Positions 50,082 through 61,400 are shown, counted from the first letter of the stretch. The stretch: DNA of 64,000 bases from Marinicella sp. (GCA_965230295.1 OZ246001.1:3776001-3840000), one strand, 5' to 3'. Made by a program: numbers and translations. Notes: generated by a model not told the origin, from the letters alone.

Positions 50082-50146
50082 AGTTTAATTCTGAATGCAA
50101 AATATGCATTAGCTAATTTATTGCAAATTCTTTCATTATTGTTGCG
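50082..50146 (-). promoter_or_regulatory. TGCAAC-type box with -10 element driving the lipoprotein gene
   Basis: Minus strand CGCAAC (50146) and TGCAAT (50125), 21-bp period; TAAACT starting 38 bp further (50087). Confidence 0.5.
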
Positions 50147-50666
50147 TATATTGTCACAAGGCTCTTTCAGAGGACGCAATATTGGTTTGACCTGCAACAT
50201 CTTCCTGATACATATAAGGTTTACCTTATTTAGCATCTGCATAGGATCAATATTCTCGCAAGGTTATATACTGGTTAAATGATAATTTAGGCCCGTCACC
50301 CAACTCAAAAACTACCTAGCATCAAAGTTTATATCAATCACAACATTCCTGATAACTCAGGAATGTCACGCCGTAATACCATTGCAGTTAATAAATTTAC
50401 GAGCGCCTTCTAATAGGGAAGACGTAATTGATGCATTCAAAAAGTAAAGCGGATGCTTTTAAAGTATTGTTGTTTTTCAACTGTCAGAATGACAGAGTTT
50501 AATGTGAAATTTGACTTGACTATAAAAGAACTCAATGATTCAGAGCTTAACATGAATGGACAAACACTCATTTATCAGTTAGCGCTGTCAGTGGTGTCGC
50601 TGATGTGAATGGCAATGACGACCTCATTGGATTGTATACGCATTAATCTAATAAATAAGGTTTTTT

Positions 50667-52254
50667 ATGAAAGTAAGAAAAAAAGTAAGAATAGTTTTAA
50701 TATCGGTAGTATTGTGGTATCAAGGAGCCCTTGCGCAATTACCAAACGAACTCGATTTATCTACATTGAATCATCAAAATGGCATAGGTATCAATGGCGA
50801 GAATACTGGTGATAATTCAGGTATATCAGTCAGTTCAGCAGGTGATTTCAATAATGATGGGATTGATGATTTGATTATTGGCGCATACCGTGCCTCGAGT
50901 CGGAATGGTGATGAAACTGGGAAGAGTTATTTGGTTTTTGTCAATCGGCGCTATTTACCCAACTCGTTAGATCTGTCCACCCTCGATGGCGAAAATGGTA
51001 TTATTTTCATTGGCGGAAATGCAGGTGATGAATCGGGTCGTTCAGTCAGTTCAGCAGGCGATGTCAATGGGGATGGAGTTGATGATTTGATTATTGGGGC
51101 CTCTGGTGCAGATACGTATGTAAAGTCAAATGTTGGTAAAAGTTATGTGATCTTTGGTAGTGAAACTAGTTTACAAAACCCGTTTGATCTGTCCACACTC
51201 GACGGCAAAAATGGTTTCATTATCATTGGCGAAAGTGAAAATGATTATTCAAGGCTATTCTGTCAACTCAGCAGGAGATGTTAATGGCGACAGTATTGAT
51301 GATTTAATCATTGGGGCTTATGGAGCAGAGTCAAATGCTGGTAAAAGTTATGTAATCTATGGTAGTAGAGTCAATTTACCTACTTCATTAAACCTGTCTG
51401 ATCTCGATAGTGAAAATGGTTTTATTATCAATGGCGAAAGTGCAAATGATATTTCGGGAGTTTCTGTCAGTTCGGCCGGTGATGTCAATGGTGATGGAAT
51501 TTATGATTTGATTATTGGGGCCTCTGGTGCAGACTGGGATGCAGGCTCAGATTCTGGTAAAAGTTATGTGATCTTTGGTAGTGACGATGAGAATGGTTTA
51601 CCAATACCTAATCCTTTAAATCTGTCCACACTCGATGCTAGAAATGGTTTCGTTATCAATGGCGAAAATGCGGGTGATTTCTCGGGCCATTCAGTCAGCT
51701 CAGCTGGTGATGTCAATGGGGATGGGATTGATGATTTAATAATAGGAGCACCTTCTGCAGAATCAAGCACGGGTAAAAGTTATGTGGTGTTTGGTAGTAG
51801 GGTTTCTTCACACTATCCTTTAAATCTTTCTGATCTCAATGGTGAAAATGCGAATGATCTTTCGGGATTTTCAGTTAGTTCTGCCGGTGATTTAAATAAA
51901 GATGGGTTTAATGATATTATTATTGGAGCTTCTTTTGCAGACCCAGATGCACACTCGGATGCTGGTAAAACTTATGTGATCTTTGGCAAAAGCGGCCTTT
52001 TTTCCAGTCCATTGAACTTGACTGATCTCAATACCAACTTTCAAAATGGTGGTGTTGTCATCAATGGAGAGCACACATTTGATGAGTCGGGGTTCTCAGT
52101 CAGTTCAGCAGGTGATATCAATGGCGATGGAGTTGATGATTTAATCATTGGGGCTCCTGGTGGAGGTGTGAATGCTCATTCAAGTGCTGGTAAAAGCTAT
52201 GTCGTCTTTGGAATGGAAAACTCAGATGTTATTTTTGAAACGGGGTTTGAGTGA
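50667..52254 (+). pseudogene. FG-GAP 7-repeat gene split by a +1 frameshift near 51252, DVIFETGFE tail
   Basis: gat tat tca A ggc tat versus paralogue gat tat tcg ggc tat; ORFs 50667-51284 and 51154-52254 join into one 7-repeat protein. Confidence 0.85.
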
Positions 52255-52578
52255 GTTTGGACATATGAGCGTAGCGTTGATTAAATGAATTTTAACTGTG
52301 ATAGATGTTGTGGATAGCTTGTCGGGAAAATCGATATTTCAAAAGCTTAATTGTTTAATGGTCTTTTTTAAATTACAAAACACATGGTTTAAGCTATTGA
52401 TTGTAAGGAAAATTATTCTTATTCTTTTATTCTTTTAATGTTTTATTTTGATAGCCGAATAGGGTCGGCACAGTGTTTTGGTTAAAACAATAAAAGAAAT
52501 GATAATCCAAAGTGTGGCACTGATGTTTTTTGTGGTCGATCTGTAATTTGTTCCCCAAAATATAAACTGGAGATAATA

Positions 52579-54300
52579 ATGAAAAAAATATTCGCTCTAT
52601 ATTTTACATTGGTATTCGCTCAAGAATTATTGGCACAGTATTCACTGTTTGATGACTCTTATCTACATGAAATTAGAATCACTTCAACAGATCCGAATTT
52701 TTGGGAAATCTTGGAAAATGACTGGCAGCCAGTTGGTGACATTCCTTACCGATCAGCCACCGTTGAAATAGATGGTTTCAAATTGACAGAAGTGGGGGTG
52801 CGTCAAAAAGGTTTTTCTTCAAACTTCTTTGTAAATACCACCAAAAAACCATTGAAGCTTCATTTCAGCAAATTTGTTGATGATCGTGAATATGATGGAG
52901 TCAGAAAGTTGAATTTAATGAATGGAGTGGGTGATCCGGCTTTGCTCAAAGACAAAATGGCCTATGACATGTTCAGATATCACGGAATACCTGGGCCCAG
53001 AGTTGCTCATACCAAACTTTATATCAATGATGTCTTTTGGGGAGTATATGGCATGATTGAGCAAATTGACAAACGTTATTTAAAACGTAACTTTGCTGAC
53101 AATGACGGTAATTTGTGGAAAAACCAAGGAAATTCTGACCTCAGTTGGCATGGTTCTGACCCAACCAGCTACAGTTTTGAACTGCAGACTAATGTAGAGG
53201 GTAACGATTGGAGTAAATTTATAGAGTTTGTTGACTTCATTAACAATGCCACAGATATTGAATTTGAAAATAATTTTACCGATATTTTTCATTTGGATGA
53301 ATATTTAAGGATTGTGGCGATTGATATTCTAATAAATAACTGGGATTCCTATTTAGATCATGGTCGCAATTGGTACATGTACCATGAGCCTAGATCTGAC
53401 AAAATTCACTGGCTCCCTTGGGACTACAACTTTGCATTTGACCGTCTGGTGGATGGTTCCAATGACCTTGATTTAATACAGAATGACTTAGGTAAAATAC
53501 TCAATGTCAGAATTTTTAATACTCCTGAGTTTCGCACCCAAATAATGGGCTACATGTGTGAGTTATTGGATCATAATTTCACCAGTGATAGACTGACACC
53601 AATGATGGATACCCAATTGTCATTAATAGAAAATGACTGGAACTCCAACAATAATTTTTTCTCTATCCAAGACATAGAAGATTATATCAATGGCGCCACA
53701 TGGACAGGCAGTCAAATAGGTGGAACGTTTCAAGGCTTGAAAGAATTTATTTTAGATCGCAGGGGCAGTATTCAAGCTGATTTGAGTAATCAAAACCATG
53801 CTTGTAGCTCATTACCTGCTGCTGTTGGTTTTCAAGATTTGGTCATTAATGAATTTATGGCCGATAACGACGATGACAGCCCATGGATGGACCAAGATGG
53901 TGAGTTTGATGACTGGATTGAAATTTATAACAACACCAACCAAACGGTCAATTTAGACAACTATTTTCTCAGCGATACCAGCACTTTTGAACACAAATGG
54001 GAATTCCCTAACATTGATATTCCGGCCAATGGATACCTTATAGTTTGGGCCGATAAAGACGTCGATCAAACCGGCTTGCACACTCAGTTCAGTTTGGATA
54101 AAGATGGCGGTGAAATAATCTTATCTCATATAGATAATACAGTCGTCGACAGTGTTTCTTACGGTGAGCAATCAGGCAACATAAGTATGTCAAGAGTCCC
54201 AAATGGCATAGGTAATTTTATTAGTACAGAAACAGTTACACATGGGTCTGCCAATGTACCAATTGATGACTTAATCTTTACCAACAGTTTCGAAAGTTGA
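52579..54300 (+). CDS. Secreted CotH-kinase family protein with lamin-tail domain, DLIFTNSFES tail
   Basis: VGVRQKGFSS, NWDSY...RNWYMY, WLPWDYNFAF (CotH); LVINEFMADN...DWIEIYN (LTD). Confidence 0.9.
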   Translation: MKKIFALYFTLVFAQELLAQYSLFDDSYLHEIRITSTDPNFWEILENDWQPVGDIPYRSATVEIDGFKLTEVGVRQKGFSSNFFVNTTKKPLKLHFSKFVDDREYDGVRKLNLMNGVGDPALLKDKMAYDMFRYHGIPGPRVAHTKLYINDVFWGVYGMIEQIDKRYLKRNFADNDGNLWKNQGNSDLSWHGSDPTSYSFELQTNVEGNDWSKFIEFVDFINNATDIEFENNFTDIFHLDEYLRIVAIDILINNWDSYLDHGRNWYMYHEPRSDKIHWLPWDYNFAFDRLVDGSNDLDLIQNDLGKILNVRIFNTPEFRTQIMGYMCELLDHNFTSDRLTPMMDTQLSLIENDWNSNNNFFSIQDIEDYINGATWTGSQIGGTFQGLKEFILDRRGSIQADLSNQNHACSSLPAAVGFQDLVINEFMADNDDDSPWMDQDGEFDDWIEIYNNTNQTVNLDNYFLSDTSTFEHKWEFPNIDIPANGYLIVWADKDVDQTGLHTQFSLDKDGGEIILSHIDNTVVDSVSYGEQSGNISMSRVPNGIGNFISTETVTHGSANVPIDDLIFTNSFES

Positions 54301-54424
54301 ATGAATTGATATTTTCAAAATTCATAAATTGTTACAAGACAATAGTGATTTTATTGATATTGACCAACGATTAGCACGTGAGGAAGAGTATGACGAGCAC
54401 ATGCTGAGTACTTAGGAATGCTTT

Positions 54425-54495
54425 GACAACAATTTTACCAATAGATGCATCAAATTTGATAACTACTTAATAACAACTTTACACAAAGATACGAT
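54425..54495 (+). promoter_or_regulatory. Degenerate TGCAAC box
   Basis: gacaac 54425 and tgcatc 54446 (21 bp); region 54330-54590 parallels 57830-58085; -10 not at the usual distance. Confidence 0.45.
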
Positions 54496-54669
54496 GCAAC
54501 ACTTAATTTCTTGTCTAAATCTTATGACCAGAATTAGTTAACTCAAATATTTTAATAAATTAAACATAATGATTATCAATCATTTGATATGACTCAGTTT
54601 CCAAATTCAATAACAGATGGACGACATAAATAAAACTGATTCGCAATTAAATCAACAAGCTGAGGGTTT

Positions 54670-55872
54670 ATGAAAATGAAATTATTAGTCACATTATTAA
54701 CCATATTTATGTTTTTTAACATAGATGTTTGGGCTTTTGATTGTTCGAACCCAGATGTTTCTGTAGCTGAGTGTAATGCGTTAAATGATATGTACGGCCC
54801 TTTAGGCATAGCGAGTTCATCATTAATTGCTGTAGATATAATTAGTTGGGGAGAAGAAACTGACAATACTGTTTGTGACATATCAGTAATTGAATGCGAC
54901 TCATCTATCCCTAAACGTGCTGTTCATTTACTTTTATCTCGCAAAGACTTGATAGGCACTATCCCCGACCTGAGTGCTTTGGCCAGTTTGCAACGCCTTG
55001 ACCTGAGTAATAATAATCTCAGTGGTCACATCCCTGACCTGAGTGCCTTGACCAATTTGAAATTCCTTTACCTGAATCAAAATAATCTTAGTGGCCACAT
55101 CCCTGAGCTAGATGCCTTGACTAATTTGCAACAACTTTACCTACATATTAACGATCTCAGAGGTCCCATCCCTGACTTGAGCGTCTTAACTAATTTGAAA
55201 CACCTTCTCCTATATCGTAACAATCTGAGTGGCCCCATTCCTGACTTGAGCGCCTTGACCAGTTTATATAGCCTTATTCTGGAGGATAACAATCTCAATG
55301 GCACCATTCCAGACTTGAGTGCCTTGACTAATTTGCAAAACCTTTACCTAAGTCGTAACGACCTCAATGGTCCCATCCCTAACTTGAGTACCTTGACCAA
55401 TTTACAATACCTTTACCTGAGTGGTAATGATTTCAGTGGCCCCATTCATCGTTTAAGTACCTTAACCAGTTTGAAACACCTAACCTTAAACGATAACAAT
55501 TTCAGTGGTACCATCCATAGCTTGCGCACTTTGATCAATTTGCAAGTTCTTTTCCTGAGTGATAACAATCTTAGTGGTCCCATCCCTGACTTGAGCGCCT
55601 TAACCAATTTGCAACTCTTTTATTTGGCTAACAACTATTTCTTTGGACACTTTCCCGATCTCAGGCAAACAGATTTGCCAGAAGGAAATACGTTGAATTT
55701 TCATTCAAACTGCATAGAGCCGAATGTTAATAACTTTGTTAATGACTGGACTAATGCCAGAACTAGTCCTGCTAATGGCTTTGATAATCAACACGCAGAT
55801 ATAAATACATGCTTGGACGTGTATGCAGACTTCATCATTACAGATACGGTTTTCATCGATACATTTGAGTAA
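54670..55872 (+). CDS. Secreted leucine-rich repeat protein (~11 x 23-aa plant-type-like LRR), DTVFIDTFE tail
   Basis: LxxLxLxxNxLSGPIPDLSALTN repeats between Cys-containing caps (ECNALNDMY...CD...C; NC...C). Confidence 0.9.
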   Translation: MKMKLLVTLLTIFMFFNIDVWAFDCSNPDVSVAECNALNDMYGPLGIASSSLIAVDIISWGEETDNTVCDISVIECDSSIPKRAVHLLLSRKDLIGTIPDLSALASLQRLDLSNNNLSGHIPDLSALTNLKFLYLNQNNLSGHIPELDALTNLQQLYLHINDLRGPIPDLSVLTNLKHLLLYRNNLSGPIPDLSALTSLYSLILEDNNLNGTIPDLSALTNLQNLYLSRNDLNGPIPNLSTLTNLQYLYLSGNDFSGPIHRLSTLTSLKHLTLNDNNFSGTIHSLRTLINLQVLFLSDNNLSGPIPDLSALTNLQLFYLANNYFFGHFPDLRQTDLPEGNTLNFHSNCIEPNVNNFVNDWTNARTSPANGFDNQHADINTCLDVYADFIITDTVFIDTFE

Positions 55873-55977
55873 GTTCTTTACATCAATATGAAATTCATAT
55901 TTCTCAAGTAAGTTTATATCTGCAATACAACCAGTTGTAGTCAATTATCTTTAATATATTTTGAGTACTCAAACATT

Positions 55978-57738
55978 ATGAAACCAATAATAACTTTACT
56001 ATTTATTTTTTCTTTCTCATCTTCTTTTGCTGGTGGTGATATTGATCCATTTGTCATTACCATCACTACCACACCCCGCAACCAAGCAGACACAAACACT
56101 TTATTCAAATACGATTTACCAACTACTGAATATGAATACTCATATGATGTTGATTGGGACTACAATGGAGTCTTTGAAGCAGATGAAGTAGATGTAAATG
56201 GAATTTTAGAACATGATTACGGTAATCCTGGAGAATATACCATTGCTATTAAAGGGATATTTCCTAAATTTGGTTCATCACGCCCTGATCATATAGATCA
56301 ATTAGTAAGCATAGATCAATGGGGAGATATTGTTTGGAAAAGTTTTGAAAGCTCTTTTCGTGGTCAATATGATATCCGACCCGCTAGTTATATTGTAAAT
56401 GCAACAGACATTCCTGACTTGTCAATGGTTAACTCTCTATCAGAAATGTTTTTTATTTCAAGCCAAGCTAATCCAGATGTGACTGGGTGGGATACATCCA
56501 ATGTTACTGACATGAGCTTTATGTTTTCTGTTACTGACGCAGCCAACCCAAATGTGAGTGGATGGGATACATCCAACGTTACTGACATGAGCTTTATGTT
56601 TTCTTTTGCTGACGCAGCCAACCCAAATGTAAGTGGGTGGGATACCTCCAATGTTACTGACATGAGCGGTATGTTTTTTGATTCTGCCATAGCCAACCCA
56701 GATGTGAGCTTATGGGATACATCCAACGTTACTGACATGAGCTTTATGTTTTCTTTTGCTGACGCAGCTAACCCAGATGTGAGTGGGTGGGATACATCCA
56801 ATGTTACTAAAATGGGCGATATGTTTGCAATAGCAAGATTAGCTAACCCAGATGTGAGTGGATGGGATACATCCAATGTTACTGACATGACCCGTATGTT
56901 TTATGGTGCTGATGCAGCAAACCCAGATGTGAGTTTATGGGATACATCCAATGTTACTGACATGACCCGCATGTTTTTTGGTGCTATCTTAGCCACCCCA
57001 GATGTGAGTTTATGGGATACATCCAATGTTGCTGATATGAATGAATTGTTCGCTTATGCAGGATCTGCTAATCCTGATTTAAGAAACTGGGTTATTGAAA
57101 ATGTTAATAGCATGAATGACATGTTTAACTCTAACAAAATGAAACGCAGTAATTATGAAGCCGCACTGATTTCTTTTGCGACGCAATTTACGAATAATAA
57201 TGTTAATTTTGCTGCTGGTTCTTCTCTGTATTGCTCATCAGCTGCTGAAAATGCAAAAACCTTTCTTACAGGCCCTACCAAGAATTGGACGATAGTCGAT
57301 GGATCTGATGGTTTACCAAGTTGCGACATAAATGATGTTTCTGTTTCTATAGAAAGTAATCGTAGCCTACTTGCCCCAGGAGGTATGGTTACTTACCACA
57401 TCAGTATTAAAAATGATGGGGATAGGGATATTGATGATTTGAATGTGATCACCAATACAATGTTATTAACCAACTTGAATTGGGGATGTGAGGCCGTCAG
57501 CGCCACATGTCAAGATTCAGCTGGTAATGGTCCAATTTTGCACAGTAGTACAATAAATTCAGGTGGTGAAATCACTTATATTATCAATGCTACTAATGCA
57601 GGTATGAATGGTGAATATGCTATGATTTCTATTACAGCACAAAGCATCGATACCCCAGATGATTTTCTAAGAGATAATACTGCAACTTTGAATAGCAGAA
57701 CATCAGATGATATTATTTTTTATAATTCACTCGATTAA
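55978..57738 (+). CDS. Secreted DUF285/BspA-type repeat protein with DUF11-like domain, DIIFYNSLD tail
   Basis: Signal peptide, 8 full NPDVSxWDTSNVTDMxxMF repeats, VTYHISIKNDG Ig-like domain; paralogue of 7482. Confidence 0.9.
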   Translation: MKPIITLLFIFSFSSSFAGGDIDPFVITITTTPRNQADTNTLFKYDLPTTEYEYSYDVDWDYNGVFEADEVDVNGILEHDYGNPGEYTIAIKGIFPKFGSSRPDHIDQLVSIDQWGDIVWKSFESSFRGQYDIRPASYIVNATDIPDLSMVNSLSEMFFISSQANPDVTGWDTSNVTDMSFMFSVTDAANPNVSGWDTSNVTDMSFMFSFADAANPNVSGWDTSNVTDMSGMFFDSAIANPDVSLWDTSNVTDMSFMFSFADAANPDVSGWDTSNVTKMGDMFAIARLANPDVSGWDTSNVTDMTRMFYGADAANPDVSLWDTSNVTDMTRMFFGAILATPDVSLWDTSNVADMNELFAYAGSANPDLRNWVIENVNSMNDMFNSNKMKRSNYEAALISFATQFTNNNVNFAAGSSLYCSSAAENAKTFLTGPTKNWTIVDGSDGLPSCDINDVSVSIESNRSLLAPGGMVTYHISIKNDGDRDIDDLNVITNTMLLTNLNWGCEAVSATCQDSAGNGPILHSSTINSGGEITYIINATNAGMNGEYAMISITAQSIDTPDDFLRDNTATLNSRTSDDIIFYNSLD

Positions 57739-57761
57739 ATAGCTTAATCAGCAGCAAGCCT

Positions 57762-57803
57762 TTGTTGCCTAACTCATAAACTTAAAGGGAAGTAGGCAAC
57801 AAC
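57762..57803 (+). terminator. Hairpin after the DUF285 gene
   Basis: ttgttgccta...taggcaacaa inverted repeat. Confidence 0.5.
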
Positions 57804-57927
57804 TTGCAAATGTATTAGTTTCAGTAGATATTATTGCAAGCCGGTAGTGACTTTGTTGATATTGATCAACCATCAGTAAGTCAGAAAAAACATGAAAAAC
57901 ACATCCTTAGCTTTTACGTATGCTTTG

Positions 57928-57991
57928 TGCAACAATTTTATCACTTATTGCAACAGTCTTAATATCGACTTTGGTTTTTCTTCAATAAAAT
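57928..57991 (+). promoter_or_regulatory. TGCAAC-N15-TGCAAC box with -10 element
   Basis: tgcaac 57928 and 57949; TAAAAT at 57986. Confidence 0.75.
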
Positions 57992-58107
57992 ATGTCTCTA
58001 AATTCTTCATTGTCTTGTAAACCTTTCAATCGAAGTTAATTTAAGTTTTTAAAATGTTTTGAGCATACTGAAAATCAATCATTACGATTTTGTTTGATTT
58101 CATTGCC

Positions 58108-58197
58108 CAATAGGTTAGATTACAATAGGTTAGATTACAATAGGTTAGATTACAATAGGTTAGATTACAATAGGTTAGATTACAATAGGTTAGATTA
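58108..58197 (+). repeat. Perfect 15-bp tandem repeat (caataggttagatta)x6
   Basis: Directly visible; ends 1 bp before ATG 58199. Confidence 0.97.
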
Positions 58198-58198
58198 T

Positions 58199-59053
58199 AT
58201 GAAAATAAAATTATTAATCATATTTATGTTTTTTTTAAGCATGGATGTTTGGGCATTTGATTGCTCTAGCCCAGATGTATCTGTAGCTGAGTGTAATGCG
58301 TTAAATGATATGTATGGCCCTTTAGGCATAGCGGGCTCATCATTGCCTGCAGCAGACATAAACAGCTGGGGGGAAACTACCGACAATACCGTTTGTGACA
58401 TATCACGAATTACATGCGATTCATCCACACCAAGACGTGTTACTCGCTTACATCTAGTCGGCGCGGACTTGAGAGGCACTATCCCTGACTTGAGTGCATT
58501 TACTAATTTGCAAGATCTTTGGTTAGCTAATAACCAGCTCATTGGTCACATCCCTGACTTGAGTGCCTTGGCCAACTTACAATCTCTTGATTTACAGCGT
58601 AATCAACTCAGTGGTCCCATCCCTGACTTGAGCGCCTTAACCAATTTACAACGCCTTTTCTTGCATGTTAATCAGCTCACAGGCCCTATCACTGAGTTGA
58701 GCGCCGTGACCAGTTTGCAACGCATTTACCTGCAATTTAACAATCTCAGTGGCCCTATCCCTGACTTGAACGCCTTGGACGATTTGCAACAACTTTCTTT
58801 GGATAACAATTATTTTTTCGGAGAATTTCCCGACCTCAGAGAAACAGGACTACAAGAAGGACGTACGTTGGGTTTTCATACAAACTGCATAGAACCGAAT
58901 GTAAATAATTTAATTAATGACTGGGTAAATGCCAGAACCAGTCCTAATAACCATTTTAATAATCAACGTGCAGATATAAATACATGCTTGGATGAATTCA
59001 TCATTACTGATATGATTTTCATTGATACATTTGAGTTCGATGCGTTTGAATAA
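58199..59053 (+). CDS. Secreted LRR protein (~6 x 23-aa LRR), DMIFIDTFEFDAFE tail; paralogue of 54670
   Basis: MKIKLLIIF start matches paralogue MKMKLLVTL; the upstream YNRLD translation is just the VNTR; caps nearly identical to 54670. Confidence 0.9.
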   Translation: MKIKLLIIFMFFLSMDVWAFDCSSPDVSVAECNALNDMYGPLGIAGSSLPAADINSWGETTDNTVCDISRITCDSSTPRRVTRLHLVGADLRGTIPDLSAFTNLQDLWLANNQLIGHIPDLSALANLQSLDLQRNQLSGPIPDLSALTNLQRLFLHVNQLTGPITELSAVTSLQRIYLQFNNLSGPIPDLNALDDLQQLSLDNNYFFGEFPDLRETGLQEGRTLGFHTNCIEPNVNNLINDWVNARTSPNNHFNNQRADINTCLDEFIITDMIFIDTFEFDAFE

Positions 59054-59289
59054 GTAGCAATTTTACTCGCATTAAATAAAAATTAAGCCATATAGTGTTG
59101 GCACGGATGCCAAACAAACTGTTGTGCCCCTTCCGAATAGGCCATGCGTGGGCTTCAACCAGAAGAAGTTATTCGCTTACTATCTAGGCATAAAAAGCAT
59201 TTTTTTATAGCCAAATTTTAAATATACGGCAAGTGTTTAAATAAGTAGCATACTTGACATCATTATTTTTATGACCTCAACTGCTATTT

Positions 59290-59699
59290 CATAGTCTGGT
59301 AAACTGGAAACATGCTGTAAATCCAACCTCTATTTAGCAAGGAACTCTCAAGTTAAGTTCCTGCCTAGACATCTTTAAGGTGCAAAGTTTTCGCACGAAG
59401 ATTTTTCACTTCTTCAGAACTGGCTTCACGATTAAAACCACTAGCCAGGTTTTTCATTCCAGTCTCCATGAATTTTTTCGACAAATTGCCACATTGGCGT
59501 AAGGCAGCGATGCATTCCTTACCACTAAGACCTTCGACCAGGGTACGAATTTTATCCTCAGCTGGATAATTTTTAAGAGTACGAAGATGGATGTCTCGTA
59601 CAGTTTTCTACTTTGTTTACTTCTGTTATTAGAGATAAGAAAGAACCGAAAGCGTCTCTTAGCTAATTAGCCTTAGTAGCCCACATGGTGCTAACAGCA
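59290..59699 (-). mobile_element. Decayed IS3-family insertion sequence (orfA remnant)
   Basis: Minus strand ~59607-59365 translates KTVRDIHLRTLKNYPAEDKIRTLVEGLSGKECIAAL...KFMETGMKNLA...REASSEEVKNLRA, matching IS3-family OrfA (KTVRDIRR.TRR.YSAEEKIRIVLEGLRGE.SIA...EFLEAGKKRLAGD..REATS.EVK.LR); TG-starting end near 59699. Confidence 0.8.
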
Positions 59700-59835
59700 T
59701 ATTAACAAAAAATGATTGCAATAAAGCGACTTTTATTCATATCAAAGAATTTTATACGTGGTTCAAGTAATATTAACTCAAACAAATGATCTAATATTCA
59801 AATTCAATGCATCGATACTACTTGATAAACCTACG

Positions 59836-59899
59836 TGCAACAAGATTGAAGACCTTTGCATCAAATCATATAACTATTTTCCTTCCAGCCTAATAGACT
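59836..59899 (+). promoter_or_regulatory. TGCAAC box with -10 element
   Basis: tgcaac 59836 and tgcatc 59857; TAGACT at 59894. Confidence 0.6.
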
Positions 59900-59924
59900 T
59901 TCACGTACCAATACATCATCGCTG

Positions 59925-60440
59925 ATGTCTTTAAAACACAGGAGTAGTTCAATGATCTCAAAAAATCAAAACGGAGCCGCAATAGGCTTTTATTTTGCTG
60001 CCTTTACCTTCAATGGAGACAATGGCTTTCGGCTGGACGGTGGAGTTGGTGTGGATTCCATGTTTGGAAGTGCACTCAGCGAAGCAAAAGATGTGAATCT
60101 AGATGGTATAGATGACATCATAATTGGCTCATCGATTGGTTTTGTGGGCTCAGTTCTAGCTGCGGGTAAAAGTTATGTTGTATTCGGTAACGATGAGGGA
60201 GTGAGCCATCCTTTAAATATTTCTGAATTAAATGGGAGCAACGGCTTTTCCATTTTGGGAGCTGATGTCAATGGATATCTGGGAACCAGCGTCAGCGGAA
60301 TTGGTGATTTCAATGATGATGGAATTGGAGATGTGATGATGAGTGCACCACGAGCGGATGTTGGTGGAGAAAACGAAACAGGTAAAAGCTTTATCATATT
60401 CGGAAATGAACAGGCCATCTTTGTCAATGGTTTTGACTGA
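59925..60440 (+). pseudogene. Truncated FG-GAP gene (last two blades), QAIFVNGFD tail
   Basis: Two repeats (DVNLDGIDD, DFNDDGIGD), no intact signal peptide. Confidence 0.7.
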
Positions 60441-60467
60441 TTATCCACCATAAAAATTTGTGAGTAT

Positions 60468-60542
60468 TGTGCCTGTATTGAACGATTTTCTGTTCCTGCC
60501 TCCTACTATCAGCAGTAAATTCAATAGGTATGGGCACATTTT
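60468..60542 (+). terminator. Large-loop 3' hairpin (family member)
   Basis: tgtgcctgta...ttcctgcctcct loop...tatgggcaca followed by a T-tract. Confidence 0.5.
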
Positions 60543-60581
60543 AATAAATATGAATTATTTGGTCATAGTTATTTTCAATAA

Positions 60582-61400
60582 CTAGCCTATGCTTATTTGT
60601 AAAACCAGCTGTTGTTTTATTGAGTTTATGCCACCTAGAAAGGCTGTCCAAACAATTTTGGATCCATACTTTGGTTTACTATCATAAACTGATAAAACAT
60701 TTTGATACTTGAAAATTAATTCAAAACTCCAAGGGCCTTTATACGTGCCCTTGTGGTAAATGTTGATCAATAAGAGCAGATGTTTATGCTCGTTTTGAAA
60801 AATAGCCCTGAGTTTTTCAGTTATTGGTTACAGTACAACTAACTCAAAGGCCAGGGCTTAATGCAAATGCGGTAGATGAACAATGCACCCTTGTGAAATC
60901 CGTTGAAATCACTAAAAATTAGTTATTCAAGGGTAATGAGTTTAGAGGTGAGTAATATTTAGGGCAAGGCATCAGCCGAGCTCAGGTACGCTGGAAAACC
61001 AGGTTTTCATCGTCTCCATCCTGATTAATCCATTAGGATTTTTTAATAATTTCATTGTAAATAGTATTTATTTCTTGGCTAATTTTTGAACTTATAAATT
61101 CTTTTGAATAAACTGCATTTAAGTTATATAGAATTATTGGTGTGGTTTTTGACAATCCTAAATTCGTCAATAACTGAATAGGGCTGATCTCAAAGTTTAA
61201 TTAGCTATTCATACCATATGTATGCCGGAGCCATTGAGCAGTTGCTTTTTCACATTTTTTTAATATCTTCTTCAAAGTATTTTTCTAAGACCGTGTTTTT
61301 TATACAGCGGCTGATTTTGCAGAATCAATTTACTTATATCATCAAAAACTATTATTATATTGGTAATTTGACGTATAGAAACTGTTTTTTGAGATACACG
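60582..61400 (-). pseudogene. Possible heavily decayed sensor histidine kinase
   Basis: Minus-strand fragments MKTWFSSVPELG (cf. MKTRFFxNISHELR) and SVYDSKPKYGSKIVWTAFLG (cf. SVESxPGxGSxFxxxLPLG); weak. Confidence 0.3.

Noticed and set aside
58094-58198. N-terminal (YNRLD)n peptide repeat on the LRR protein
   Set aside because: Artefact of extending the ORF to an upstream TTG through the VNTR; the paralogue and signal peptide indicate the start at 58199
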